The notes below the pieces were generated by a model. The model saw only the letters and a program-made list of their open reading frames with translations. It searched no databases and was not told the DNA's origin. The position numbers were made by a program, and so were the translations under genes. From NCBI GenBank assembly GCA_016177405.1, contig JACOVG010000011.1, forward strand, positions 7,910 to 71,909: a stretch of DNA of 64,000 nt. The letters run 5' to 3'. The stretch comes from Candidatus Omnitrophota bacterium (lineage in GTDB: Bacteria; Omnitrophota; Gorgyraeia; 1-14-0-20-64-10). Of the stretch, positions 1 through 8,606 are shown piece by piece; the stretch's first letter is position 1; each line of letters opens with the position of its first letter.

Positions 1-69
1 CAGGTCCAGCGCCGCGGCCAGAAGCATGTCGCCGCTGGCCCCGGAAGCGGCGTCAATAAACAGGACCAT
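1..69 (-). CDS. larC: Nickel pincer cofactor biosynthesis protein LarC, 5' fragment (runs off window)
   Basis: Reverse complement of 1-69 reads MVLFIDAASGASGDMLLAAALDL, matching the LarC N-terminal SGxSGDM motif; its ATG overlaps the larB stop. Confidence 0.8.
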   Translation of the reverse strand, partial: MVLFIDAASGASGDMLLAAALDL

Positions 70-737
70 CAGGCCAAGGCGACGCGGCCGGCCAGGTACC
101 CTGCCCCGAAGCCGTTGTCGATGTTGACGACACCCACACCGGGCGAACAGCTGTTGAGCATCGTCAGCAAGGGAGCGATCCCCTGGAAGGAGGCGCCATA
201 GCCCACCGAGGTGGGAACCGCCACCACGGGCGAGGCCACCAGACCGCTGACCAGGCTGGCCAAGACGCCGTCCATCCCGGCCACCACCACGATCACCTTG
301 GCCCGGCGCAGGAGAGGCAGGTGTTTCGTCAGGCGCGCCAAGCCGGCCACCCCCACGTCAAAGAGGGATCGCGCCTGGCAGCCCATGATCTTCAAGGCCA
401 GCAACGCCTCCTCGGCCACCGGGATGTCGGCGGTTCCCGCCGTCACCACCCAGACCAACCCCCCGGCGGGTTTCCCCGGAAGCGGCCGGAAATTTCCCAC
501 CGCCATCCGCGGCTTTGGAAAATATTTGAGCCACGGGATCTTCCGCTTCAGGGCAAGCGCCGGCTGGGAAGCCAGCTTGGTGATCACCACCGGCTGGCCG
601 TGACGCTTCAAGGCCTTCGCGATCGAAGCCATCTGGGAGGCCGTCTTCCCCGGAGCGAAGATCACCTCCGGAAAGCCGCGCCGGGCGAGGCGGTTCACGT
701 CGACCTTGGCAAAATGAAGCTCTTTAAAGGAAGGCAA
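69..737 (-). CDS. larB: Nickel pincer cofactor biosynthesis protein LarB (PurE-like)
   Basis: RRGFPEVIF, VVTAGTAD, DVGVAG, AVPTSVGYG, GVGVVNIDNGFGAG motifs. Confidence 0.92.
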   Translation of the reverse strand: MPSFKELHFAKVDVNRLARRGFPEVIFAPGKTASQMASIAKALKRHGQPVVITKLASQPALALKRKIPWLKYFPKPRMAVGNFRPLPGKPAGGLVWVVTAGTADIPVAEEALLALKIMGCQARSLFDVGVAGLARLTKHLPLLRRAKVIVVVAGMDGVLASLVSGLVASPVVAVPTSVGYGASFQGIAPLLTMLNSCSPGVGVVNIDNGFGAGYLAGRVALA

Positions 738-745
738 AAGACCCC

Positions 746-1060
746 TTAGGAGAAGGCGAGAATGACGGCCAGCAGGATCAAAACGGCGACAACGGCAATC
801 AGATAAAAATCGTTGAAGTAAAAGAATTCCACCCAGCGTCCGGCCCGGGAGGGTGATCCCGACGGCCGGGGCTCGGCCAAGGGGGTCCGCTGGCCCGCCG
901 CCTTCTCCAGGTCACTGGCCCGGACGCGCAGAAGGGTCCCTCCCAAACGGAAGGCGGTCAGCTTCCCGGAACGGATCATGGCCTCCACGTCGTCGGCGGG
1001 AACCCCCAGCCGGCGCGCCGCCTCCTCCAGCGTCAGGAGCTTTTCTGGCTGGCCACCCAC
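746..1060 (-). CDS. Excisionase-like HTH (HTH_17) protein with C-terminal transmembrane helix
   Basis: LLTLEEAARRLGV...IRSGKLTAFRLGG..LRV HTH; hydrophobic C-terminus FYLIAVVAVLILLAVILAFS. Start uncertain (GTG 1060 or 1090). Confidence 0.7.
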   Translation of the reverse strand: MGGQPEKLLTLEEAARRLGVPADDVEAMIRSGKLTAFRLGGTLLRVRASDLEKAAGQRTPLAEPRPSGSPSRAGRWVEFFYFNDFYLIAVVAVLILLAVILAFS

Positions 1061-1554
1061 TCGTCTATCTGGCTCTTGTCGAACCGCCATTCGTCCCCCT
1101 GTTTCGTTGCCGGAATCTTACCGTCCCTGACCCAGTTGGAAAGAACCCCCTGCTCCACCTCCAGGTACTCCGCCACTTCCCCGAGGGTCATCCGGTCGGC
1201 CTCGGAGGACATCCGGATCGTTCCCTCGATCCGGGCTCCCTCCTCCACCACCAAGCGGGGTGTCGTGATCTCTCCGCGGATCATGGCCGGGGCCGCGACC
1301 CGAAGGCTCTTCTTGGCGGCAATCTTCCCGGTGACCCGGCCGGCGATGGTGATGGATTCCCCGGTGATGTCGGCCTCCACTTGGGCCTTCTCCCCGACGG
1401 TGAGGTCCCCCCGCGTCTCAAGCGTCCCCTTGAAAGGACCACTGATTCTCAAGGAGACCGGCTCCTTGAACACAAGGGTTCCCTGCATGCTGGCGGTCAC
1501 GTCCAGCACATCCTGGCCCTGCCGTGAAGATCTCCTTCGATTCATCCCCAGCAT
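1033..1554 (-). CDS. Bactofilin (polymer-forming cytoskeletal) domain fused to C-terminal HTH_17 domain
   Basis: Beta-helix repeats LRISGPFKGTL/LTVGEKAQVEADI/ITIAGRVTGKI/LVVEEGARIEG, then MTLGEVAEYLEV...WVRDGKIPATKQGDEWRF. Confidence 0.8.
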   Translation of the reverse strand: MLGMNRRRSSRQGQDVLDVTASMQGTLVFKEPVSLRISGPFKGTLETRGDLTVGEKAQVEADITGESITIAGRVTGKIAAKKSLRVAAPAMIRGEITTPRLVVEEGARIEGTIRMSSEADRMTLGEVAEYLEVEQGVLSNWVRDGKIPATKQGDEWRFDKSQIDEWVASQKSS

Positions 1555-1564
1555 GGCAATCCCC

Positions 1565-2011
1565 CTACACCGGCGGACGCTTGGAGCCCACCACGCGCCG
1601 CTCCACGCGGGAGAGCAAAAACAAAACCGACAGCACGATGAAGGTGGTGACGACGGCCCCCACATAAAAACCGGAGCCGACCGCCAGGCCGATGCCGGCC
1701 GCCGCCCAAAGGCTGGCCGCGGTGGTGAGGCCCTTCACCGAATCCCGGAATTGGATGATCGTTCCCGCCCCCAGGAAGCCGATTCCGCTCACCACCTGGG
1801 CGGCGATCCGGCCGGGGTCGATCTCGACGACGCCCCGGTAGAGCGCGAAGAGGTGCAGGCCGGTCAACATGATCAGGGTGGAGCCGGTGCACACCAGGAT
1901 GTGGGTCCGAAGCCCGGCCGCCCGGCCCTGAACCTCCCGCTCCAAACCCACCAACCCGCTGAAAAGCACCGACAGCAAAAGCCGCAGGATCACCTCGTTG
2001 TCTGAAATCAT
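1565..2011 (-). CDS. MgtC/SapB family membrane protein
   Basis: GLERE..GRAAGLRTHILV, DPGRIAAQVVSGIGFLGAGTI, GLTTAASLW. Confidence 0.92.
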   Translation of the reverse strand: MISDNEVILRLLLSVLFSGLVGLEREVQGRAAGLRTHILVCTGSTLIMLTGLHLFALYRGVVEIDPGRIAAQVVSGIGFLGAGTIIQFRDSVKGLTTAASLWAAAGIGLAVGSGFYVGAVVTTFIVLSVLFLLSRVERRVVGSKRPPV

Positions 2012-3019
2012 TTAGTTCATCTCCACGGAAAGATCCGGAACCACCGTAAGCCGCGAAAGAGGCTGCCCCTTCAGATGAGCGCCCAGCCCCGCCACCATGA
2101 CCCCGTTGTCCGTCGACCAGGCCACCTCCGGCAAGGCGAGGTCGATCCCAAAATCCCCCGCCACCTCGGCCAAGCGCCCGCGCAGCCTGCCGTTGGCGAT
2201 CACCCCGCCGCCCACCACCAATCTCGGGACCCGGTGCTCCCGGCAGGCCCCAACCGCCTTCATCACCACCTCCTCCACCACGGAGGATTGAAAGCTGGCG
2301 GCCAGATCCGCGACAAAACCGGCGGAAAGAGAGCCCTCTTTCTGGATTTTGTGCAGAACCGCCGTCTTGATGCCGCTGAAAGAAAAATCGTACGGCGAGC
2401 CGCCCCGGATCTTCGGGACGGTGAACCGGAAGGCCCGGGGATCGCCCCGGAGGGCCGCCCGCTCAATCTCCGGGCCCCCGGGAAATCCCAGCGACATCAG
2501 CTTGGCCGTCTTGTCAAAGGCCTCGCCCACCGCGTCGTCGCGGGTCTGACCCAGAGCACGGCAGCGCTTCGTCCCCTCCATCAGGATCAGGGCCGTGTGC
2601 CCCCCCGAGATCACCAAGCCGATCGCCGGCTCCGTGAGGGCCATGGGATCGCGGCCCAGGAGGGCGGCATACAGGTGGGCTTGCAAATGGTTGACCCCAA
2701 TCACCGGTTTTCCCCACGCCAGGCCCAGCGCCTTGGCGGCCGCCACGCCGACGGCCAGCGAACCGGACAGGCCCGGCCCGTAGGTCACCGCGATTTGGTC
2801 AACCGCCGAAGGGCCGATCTTCGCCTGGGCCAGAAGATTCTCCAATTCCCGGGTGATGAGCTCCACATGAAAGCGGCTGACGATCTCCGGCACCACCCCG
2901 CCATAAGGGCGCAGGCGCTGAAGGCTTGACGCGGTGCAGGCCGCCAGGATCCGGCGGCCGTCTTCCACCAGCCCCAGGGCCGTCTCATCGCAAGAGGTTT
3001 CTATCCCCAGCACGATCAC
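2012..3019 (-). CDS. tsaD: tRNA t6A threonylcarbamoyltransferase TsaD
   Basis: LGIETSCDET, GGVVPE, VNHLQAH, SGGHT, DDAVGEAFDK, FSFSGIKT, TDNG. Confidence 0.95.
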   Translation of the reverse strand: MIVLGIETSCDETALGLVEDGRRILAACTASSLQRLRPYGGVVPEIVSRFHVELITRELENLLAQAKIGPSAVDQIAVTYGPGLSGSLAVGVAAAKALGLAWGKPVIGVNHLQAHLYAALLGRDPMALTEPAIGLVISGGHTALILMEGTKRCRALGQTRDDAVGEAFDKTAKLMSLGFPGGPEIERAALRGDPRAFRFTVPKIRGGSPYDFSFSGIKTAVLHKIQKEGSLSAGFVADLAASFQSSVVEEVVMKAVGACREHRVPRLVVGGGVIANGRLRGRLAEVAGDFGIDLALPEVAWSTDNGVMVAGLGAHLKGQPLSRLTVVPDLSVEMN

Positions 3020-3031
3020 CCCGCCAGAATA

Positions 3032-3871
3032 TCACCGGCGCGGCGTCTCGGCAAGATCGGAGGCGTGAACCAAACGGTATCCGGCCCGACGGAGAGCCGG
3101 GCAGGCGGCCTCCAGAACCTTCAGGGTCGAGGGCCGGTCGTGGCCGATCCCGATGGCCTGCCCTTCCCGGGCGGCGATCTCGGCCAGGCGGGAGAGGCTC
3201 TTCAGGATCTCCGAGGCGGCCGGGTCGTTGTCCAGGAAGACCGATCGCCTGGCGAATCTCACCCGCGCCTCGCGGGCCGCTTCGGCGCAGACCGATTGGT
3301 CCGTCACAAAGGAATCCAGAAAGAAGAGGCCCCGGCGCTTGATCTCTTTCAAGAGCGCGGTCATCAACCGCGAGTCGGCGGTCGCCTTGGACCCCTGGTG
3401 GTTGTTCACCCCCCGGGCGAAGGGAACGCTCGCGAGGGACTTCTCAAGGAAATCAACCGCCTCCTCGTCTGTCATTCCGGTCAAAAGGGTGGCCGCCTCC
3501 CGGGGCTCGGCGGAACCCAGGGGCTCCATCGGCAAATGAAGGATCACCGCGTGGCCATTGGCGTGGGCCTCCTTGGCCGCGGCGGCGGAATAGGGGAGGT
3601 TGGGCAGAACCGCCACGGTCAGAGGCGTCCTGATCTTTCTTAAATAGGGCAGCTGCCCCGCACCATAACCCCAATCGTCCAGGACAATGGCGATCCTTCC
3701 CTTCCCTCGGGCGAAGGCGGGGCCGGCCGCTTCCTCGACCCGGGCGGGGGGAGTTTCCCGGGGGACGGGAGTCTGCTTCGCGGGCCGGATGGGGCCAAAG
3801 GCATACCAGAAAATCCACAAAAGCCCGGCCAGCGCGAAGAGCCCGGCCGCCCACCAGCGGGCCTTGTTCAC
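3032..3871 (-). CDS. Divergent polysaccharide deacetylase family protein
   Basis: IAIVLDDWG, ILHLPMEP, GVNNHQGS, FFLDS, VFLDN, AIGIGH; N-terminal TM; adjacent to ctpA as is typical. Confidence 0.9.
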   Translation of the reverse strand: MNKARWWAAGLFALAGLLWIFWYAFGPIRPAKQTPVPRETPPARVEEAAGPAFARGKGRIAIVLDDWGYGAGQLPYLRKIRTPLTVAVLPNLPYSAAAAKEAHANGHAVILHLPMEPLGSAEPREAATLLTGMTDEEAVDFLEKSLASVPFARGVNNHQGSKATADSRLMTALLKEIKRRGLFFLDSFVTDQSVCAEAAREARVRFARRSVFLDNDPAASEILKSLSRLAEIAAREGQAIGIGHDRPSTLKVLEAACPALRRAGYRLVHASDLAETPRR

Positions 3872-3875
3872 CGGC

Positions 3876-5180
3876 TTACGATTTTCCCTTGAGGACCTTG
3901 AGCCCCTTCAAAAGATCCACCGCCCTCAAAACGAGGGAGTCCTCTTCGGGTTTCGCGCCGGAGCGGCTCTCCGGAGGGGCCTTCTCCTCCACCACCACAT
4001 CCGGCTCCAGGCCCTTGCCGTGGATGATGACGCCCGAGGGGGTGTAATACTTGGCGGTGGTCAGCCGGATCGCCGAGCCGTCCTTCAGGGGAATCACCGT
4101 CTGCACCGAGCCCTTGCCAAAGGTCCGGGTCCCCATCAGGATCGCCCGATGGTGATCCTTCAGGGCGCCGGCCACAATCTCCGAGGCGGAGGCGGAGCCG
4201 CCGTTGACCAGGATCACCATGGGAAAGGCGATGAGCGGGCTCTCGGAGCGGGAGATGAACTCCAGGTTCTGGCCCTTCACGCGCCCCTTGGTGGAGACGA
4301 TCGGCTTGCCCTTCTCCAGGAAGAGCTCGGCCACCTCCACCGCCACGTCCAGAAGCCCCCCGGGGTTGTTGCGCAGATCCAGAATCAACCCCTCGAATCC
4401 GCTCACGCGCAGCTCCTGCAGGGCCCTGCGCAGATCGGCCGGCGTGTTGTCCTGAAACTCGGTGATCCGGACGTAGGCGATCCCCGGCGCGGCCCAGCGG
4501 GCCTGGCGGACCGAGTGGATCTGAATGATCGAGCGGGTCAGGGTGACGTCGAAGAGGCGGTTCTCCGATTCCCGGAGGATCGTGAGGGTGACCCGGGTTC
4601 CGGGCCGGCCCCGGAGGCGCTTCACCGCCTCGTGCAGAGAGACATCCCGGATCGCCTGGCCCTCGATCTTGGTGACCTTGTCGTTGGGCTTCAGGCCCGC
4701 CTTGGCGGCGGGCGTGTCGTCGATGGGGGCGACCACCGTCAGGTTGCCGTCCTTGGAAACCGAGATCTCCAGGCCCACCCCGCCGAACTCCCCCTTGGTA
4801 TCCACCTGCATCTCGGTGAAGGCGTCGGGATCCAAAAACTGGCTGTGGGGATCGAGCGAGCCCACCAGCCCCCGCAGGGCGCCGTAGATCAACTCCTTGG
4901 GGGCCACCGGGTCCACGTATTCGTTCTGGATGATGGTGATCGCCTCGGCCAGGATCTCCACCTGGTCGTAGATCGCCTCCTGCGCGGCCTTGAGGGCCTG
5001 CGAGGCCCGGGGAGCAAAGAGGAAGGAAGACAAAAACAGAAGGAAGAGGGGGACGCTCCAAAAAGGGACACTCTTATTCGCACGTGCAGCCCTCAGGAAC
5101 GCTCCTGTACGAAGGTGTGTCCCAAAATGGAGCGTCCCCTTTTCCTTTCCGCGCGGACCACGCGAGCGAAGCAATCTCAT
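3876..5180 (-). CDS. ctpA: Carboxyl-terminal processing protease (S41, PDZ)
   Basis: LDPHSQF, GEFGGVGLEI, LDLRNNPGGLL, SASASEIVAGAL, TFGKGSVQ; ATG overlaps gatB stop (ATGA). Confidence 0.92.
   Translation of the reverse strand: MRLLRSRGPRGKEKGTLHFGTHLRTGAFLRAARANKSVPFWSVPLFLLFLSSFLFAPRASQALKAAQEAIYDQVEILAEAITIIQNEYVDPVAPKELIYGALRGLVGSLDPHSQFLDPDAFTEMQVDTKGEFGGVGLEISVSKDGNLTVVAPIDDTPAAKAGLKPNDKVTKIEGQAIRDVSLHEAVKRLRGRPGTRVTLTILRESENRLFDVTLTRSIIQIHSVRQARWAAPGIAYVRITEFQDNTPADLRRALQELRVSGFEGLILDLRNNPGGLLDVAVEVAELFLEKGKPIVSTKGRVKGQNLEFISRSESPLIAFPMVILVNGGSASASEIVAGALKDHHRAILMGTRTFGKGSVQTVIPLKDGSAIRLTTAKYYTPSGVIIHGKGLEPDVVVEEKAPPESRSGAKPEEDSLVLRAVDLLKGLKVLKGKS
5049..5139. repeat. Palindromic element inside the ctpA 5' coding region
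   Basis: GGGGACGCTCCA-aaaa-GGGACAC (5049-5071) and GTGTCCC-aaaa-TGGAGCGTCCCC (5117-5139) are inverted repeats. Confidence 0.8.
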
Positions 5181-6631
5181 CTCTTATTCTCCTTTAAGAG
5201 TTCCCGAAGGGTCTCCTGGGCCAGCGCCGGGGAGGCGCTTCCCTGGGTCCTTCGCATCAACTGACCCACCAAGAACATCAGGGCCCGCGGTTTGCCCTTC
5301 TTGAAGTCCTCCACGGCCCCCGGATTCTCCTGAATCACGGCCTGGGCGCTCTCTCGAATCCGCCCAGCGTCCGTCACCTGGGCGAGGTTCCTCGCCTGGA
5401 CGTGCCGGGCGGGAGACTCTCCGCTTTTCACGACCTCGGCAAAAACCTCCTTGGCCATCTTGTGGCTGATCTTGCCCGAATCCACCAATTGGACCAGCTC
5501 GAGCAAGTGGCCGGGCGAAAACTGAAGCGCCGTGATCTCCTCGAGATTCCTCTCGTTCATGACCCTGGCGATCTCCCCCAGAATCCAGTTGGCGATCGCC
5601 TTGAAGGTGCCTGGCTCCGGCCGAAGGCCGGCGCCTGCCACCGCCTTCACGCACGCCTCAAAGTAGTCGGCCGCCGCCCTGGAGGCGGTGACCCCCCGCG
5701 CGTCCGCGGGAGTCAGGCCGAAGCTCGCCGCAAATCGCTTGGCCTTGGCCGCCGGAAGCTCGGGCAGCTCCTCGCGGATCACCTCAATCTCCTTTTCCGT
5801 CAGCGAGAAAGGAACCAAGTCCGGCTCGGGGAAATAGCGGTAATCGTGGGCGTACTCCTTGCTGCGCATCCCCAGGGTGATCCCCCGCGCGTCGTCGAAG
5901 AGGCGCGTCTCCTGCGCGACCTTTTCCCCCGCCTCCAAGAGCTTCCCCTGGCGCTCGATCTCGTGGGTCAAGGCCCGCCCCACCGACTTGAAGGAGTTCA
6001 GGTTCTTGACCTCCACCTTGGTGCCCAATTCCTCTGACGGCCTTCTCAACGACACATTCGTGTCGCAGCGAAGCGAGCCCTTCTCCATATCGCAGTCCGA
6101 CACTTCCAGATACTGGAGGATCGCCTTCAGGGTTTTCAGGTACGCCTGGGCCTCCTCGGGCGAGGCCAGATCCGGCTCGGAGACGATCTCCAGCAGGGGC
6201 ATCCCGGAGCGGTTAAAATCCACCAGGGAGGCATCCTCCCCCTCCTTGTGGATCAGCTTGCCCGCGTCCTCCTCCAGGTGAACCCGGTGGACCCGGATTC
6301 TCCGCTCACCCACCTCCACCGATCCCGAGCGCCCCAGCGGCAGATCGTACTGGGAGATCTGAAAGTCCTTCGGCAGATCCGGATAAAAGTAATTCTTCCG
6401 GTGAAAGACGATCGTGGGCTCAATCCGGCAGCCCAGGGCCAAGGCGGTTCGGATCCCAAGCGCGAGGACCTTCCGGTTCAAGACCGGCAAGACCCCCGGA
6501 AACCCCAAGCAGACCGGGCAGACCTGGCTGTTGGCGGCGGCCCCGAAGGTCGTGGCACAGCCGCAGAAGATCTTGGAGCGGGTCGCGAGCTGAAGGTGGA
6601 CCTCCAGCCCGATCACCGGGACGTATGTCAT
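5177..6631 (-). CDS. gatB: Asp/Glu-tRNA amidotransferase subunit B
   Basis: MTYVPVIGLEVHLQL, RKNYFYPDLPK, HLEEDAGK, GSLRCDTNVS, DYRYFPEPDL. Confidence 0.96.
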   Translation of the reverse strand: MTYVPVIGLEVHLQLATRSKIFCGCATTFGAAANSQVCPVCLGFPGVLPVLNRKVLALGIRTALALGCRIEPTIVFHRKNYFYPDLPKDFQISQYDLPLGRSGSVEVGERRIRVHRVHLEEDAGKLIHKEGEDASLVDFNRSGMPLLEIVSEPDLASPEEAQAYLKTLKAILQYLEVSDCDMEKGSLRCDTNVSLRRPSEELGTKVEVKNLNSFKSVGRALTHEIERQGKLLEAGEKVAQETRLFDDARGITLGMRSKEYAHDYRYFPEPDLVPFSLTEKEIEVIREELPELPAAKAKRFAASFGLTPADARGVTASRAAADYFEACVKAVAGAGLRPEPGTFKAIANWILGEIARVMNERNLEEITALQFSPGHLLELVQLVDSGKISHKMAKEVFAEVVKSGESPARHVQARNLAQVTDAGRIRESAQAVIQENPGAVEDFKKGKPRALMFLVGQLMRRTQGSASPALAQETLRELLKENKR

Positions 6632-8067
6632 CGGATTTTCGGCTCCCGCTTGTGCCAGCCGGACGCCTGCTCGTACGCGTGAGCCGCCTGAAAGAGCTCG
6701 GCCTCCGCGAAGGGCTTGGCGATGAGCTGCATCCCGATGGGAAGCCCCGCGGGGGTGAACCCGCACGGCAGCGACAGGGCCGGCACGCCGGCCAAGTTCA
6801 CCGAGATCGTGTAAATATCGGAAAGGTACATGGTGAGGGGGTCCGAGAGCTTCTCCCCCAGCCGGAAGGCAGGCGTGGGGGAGGTGGGGGTCATCAGAAG
6901 ATCCACCGCCTCGAAGGCCTTGTCAAAATCCCGCCGGATCAAGGTCCTCACCTTCAGGGCGTGAGCGTAATAGGCCTCGTAGTAGCCGGAGGAGAGGACA
7001 AAGGTTCCCAGGATGATCCGCCGCTTCGCCTCCGGGCCAAAACCCTGCCCACGCGTCTTGCCGTACATCGCGAGCAAGGAATCCCCTTCCCCGGACCGGT
7101 AGCCGTACTGCACCCCGTCGAAGCGGGCGAGGTTGGAGCTCGCCTCGGCCGTGGCCACAATGTAGTAAGTCGGGATGGCGTACTCGGTGTGAGGAAGCGA
7201 TACCTCTTGGATCTTGAGCCCCAGCTTCCTGAATTGCTCAAGGGCCGCCTCCAAGGCTTTTTTCACTTCCGGGTCCAGGCCGTCAATCAGATATTCCTTC
7301 GGAACCCCAACCCGAAGCCCCTTAACCGGCTTCTTAAGCTCCTCCAGGCAGTTGGGAACCTTCGCCTCCACCGAGGTGGAATCACGCTGGTCAAAGCCGG
7401 CGATGCCGGAAAACAAAAGGGCGCAGTCCTCCACCGTCTTGGCGATCGGCCCGATCTGATCCAGTGACGAGGCGAAGGCGATCAGCCCATACCGGGAGAC
7501 CCGGCCGTACGTCGGCTTTAAGCCCACCACCCCGCAGAAGGAGGCCGGCTGGCGGATCGATCCGCCGGTGTCCGAGCCCAAGGCAAGCGGCGTCATGCCG
7601 GCGGCCACCGCCGCGGCCGAGCCGCCGCTGGAGCCGCCAGGGACCCTGGCGGTATCCCAGGGGTTCAGGGTGGGTCCGTACGAGGAGTATTCGCAGGAAG
7701 AGCCGAAGGCAAACTCGTCCATGTTGGCCATCCCCAGAAGGATGGCGCCGGCCGCCTTAAGCCTTTCAATCACGGTGGCGTTGTAGGGCGGCCTGAACCT
7801 CGCCAGGATCTTGGAGGCGCAGGTGGTGGGCACCCCTTCGACACAAAGGTTGTCCTTGACCAGGACCGGGACCCCCCAGAGCGGGCCCTTGGACTTTCCG
7901 TCCGCCGTGAGCGCCCCGGCCTGCTTCCGGACAAACTCCGGGTCAAACCAGACCAGCGCCTTGAGCTTGGGCTGGAGCTCCTCGATCTTTTTGATAAAGG
8001 TCTCGGCAATCTCCGGGGGAGCGGCCTTGCCTGTTTGGTAGATAGCTTGAATTTCGCGGGCTGTCAT
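6628..8067 (-). CDS. gatA: Glu-tRNA amidotransferase subunit A
   Basis: Amidase signature PGGSSGGSAA, GSDTGGSIRQPA, KPTYGRVSRYG, EASSNLARFDG; start placed at MTARE (8067). Confidence 0.96.
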   Translation of the reverse strand: MTAREIQAIYQTGKAAPPEIAETFIKKIEELQPKLKALVWFDPEFVRKQAGALTADGKSKGPLWGVPVLVKDNLCVEGVPTTCASKILARFRPPYNATVIERLKAAGAILLGMANMDEFAFGSSCEYSSYGPTLNPWDTARVPGGSSGGSAAAVAAGMTPLALGSDTGGSIRQPASFCGVVGLKPTYGRVSRYGLIAFASSLDQIGPIAKTVEDCALLFSGIAGFDQRDSTSVEAKVPNCLEELKKPVKGLRVGVPKEYLIDGLDPEVKKALEAALEQFRKLGLKIQEVSLPHTEYAIPTYYIVATAEASSNLARFDGVQYGYRSGEGDSLLAMYGKTRGQGFGPEAKRRIILGTFVLSSGYYEAYYAHALKVRTLIRRDFDKAFEAVDLLMTPTSPTPAFRLGEKLSDPLTMYLSDIYTISVNLAGVPALSLPCGFTPAGLPIGMQLIAKPFAEAELFQAAHAYEQASGWHKREPKIR

Positions 8068-8091
8068 TGGCAGGAGTAAAAACTCTCGGCC

Positions 8092-8132
8092 GTCATTGCG
8101 ACCCGCCAACGTTCTTTGGCGGGGAAGCAATC
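8092..8132 (+). repeat. Short palindromic element, GTCAT...AATC family, copy 1
   Basis: gtcattgcga-cccgccaa-cgttct-ttggcggg-gaagcaatc in the gatC-gatA gap. Confidence 0.7.
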
Positions 8133-8144
8133 CCGTTCTTCAGA

Positions 8145-8438
8145 TTAACTCGCCTCAATGATCTTCGGCACCTTGAAGAAGTTCCCCTCTCGGGAAGGCG
8201 CGTTGGCCAGGGCCTGCTCGGGCTTTAACGAGGGCTGAACCTCATCCTCCCGGAAGACGTTGGCCAGGGCCTCGACGTGACTGGTGGGGGGAACCCCTTG
8301 GGTCTTGGCTTCTTTCAGCTTCTCGACATAGGCCAGGATCTCGTCGAGCTCCCGGGTGAACTTCTTCAGCTCCTCGGGGGTGAGCTCGATCCTCGCCAGG
8401 AGGGCCAGATACTCAACGTCCTTAACGGTGATCGCCAT
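8145..8438 (-). CDS. gatC: Asp/Glu-tRNA amidotransferase subunit C
   Basis: DVEYLALLARIEL, ILAYVEKL, NVFRED, NAP....FFKVPKI. Confidence 0.95.
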   Translation of the reverse strand: MAITVKDVEYLALLARIELTPEELKKFTRELDEILAYVEKLKEAKTQGVPPTSHVEALANVFREDEVQPSLKPEQALANAPSREGNFFKVPKIIEAS

Positions 8439-8444
8439 GGGGCC

Positions 8445-8473
8445 ATCTTAGCAGGCCCAAATCGCCAAATCAA
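8445..8473 (-). promoter_or_regulatory. Sigma70-like promoter of gatCAB, probably leaderless
   Basis: TTGATT (8473-8468), 17 bp, TAAGAT (8450-8445); ATG 6 nt further on; no Shine-Dalgarno. Confidence 0.6.
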
Positions 8474-8488
8474 CGTGCGGAAACCACC

Positions 8489-8532
8489 GTCATCTCGAGT
8501 CCGCCAACAATCTTTGGCGGACGAGAGATCTC
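8489..8532 (+). repeat. Short palindromic element, GTCAT...ATCTC family, copy 2
   Basis: gtcatctcgagt-ccgccaa-caatct-ttggcgg-acgagagatctc; shares the inner stem with copy 1. Confidence 0.7.
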
Positions 8533-8606
8533 GCTTGGGATGGTTCTGTGGAAGGAATTACGCTTGGGTGGTGAGGGTGCCAGGCTTTAGACTGGCACCG
8601 TCTGAA

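Noticed and set aside
746-1554. Excisionase-like genes as prophage or ICE evidence (also 53437-53643)
   Set aside because: No integrase, att site or phage genes; all sit within host operons.
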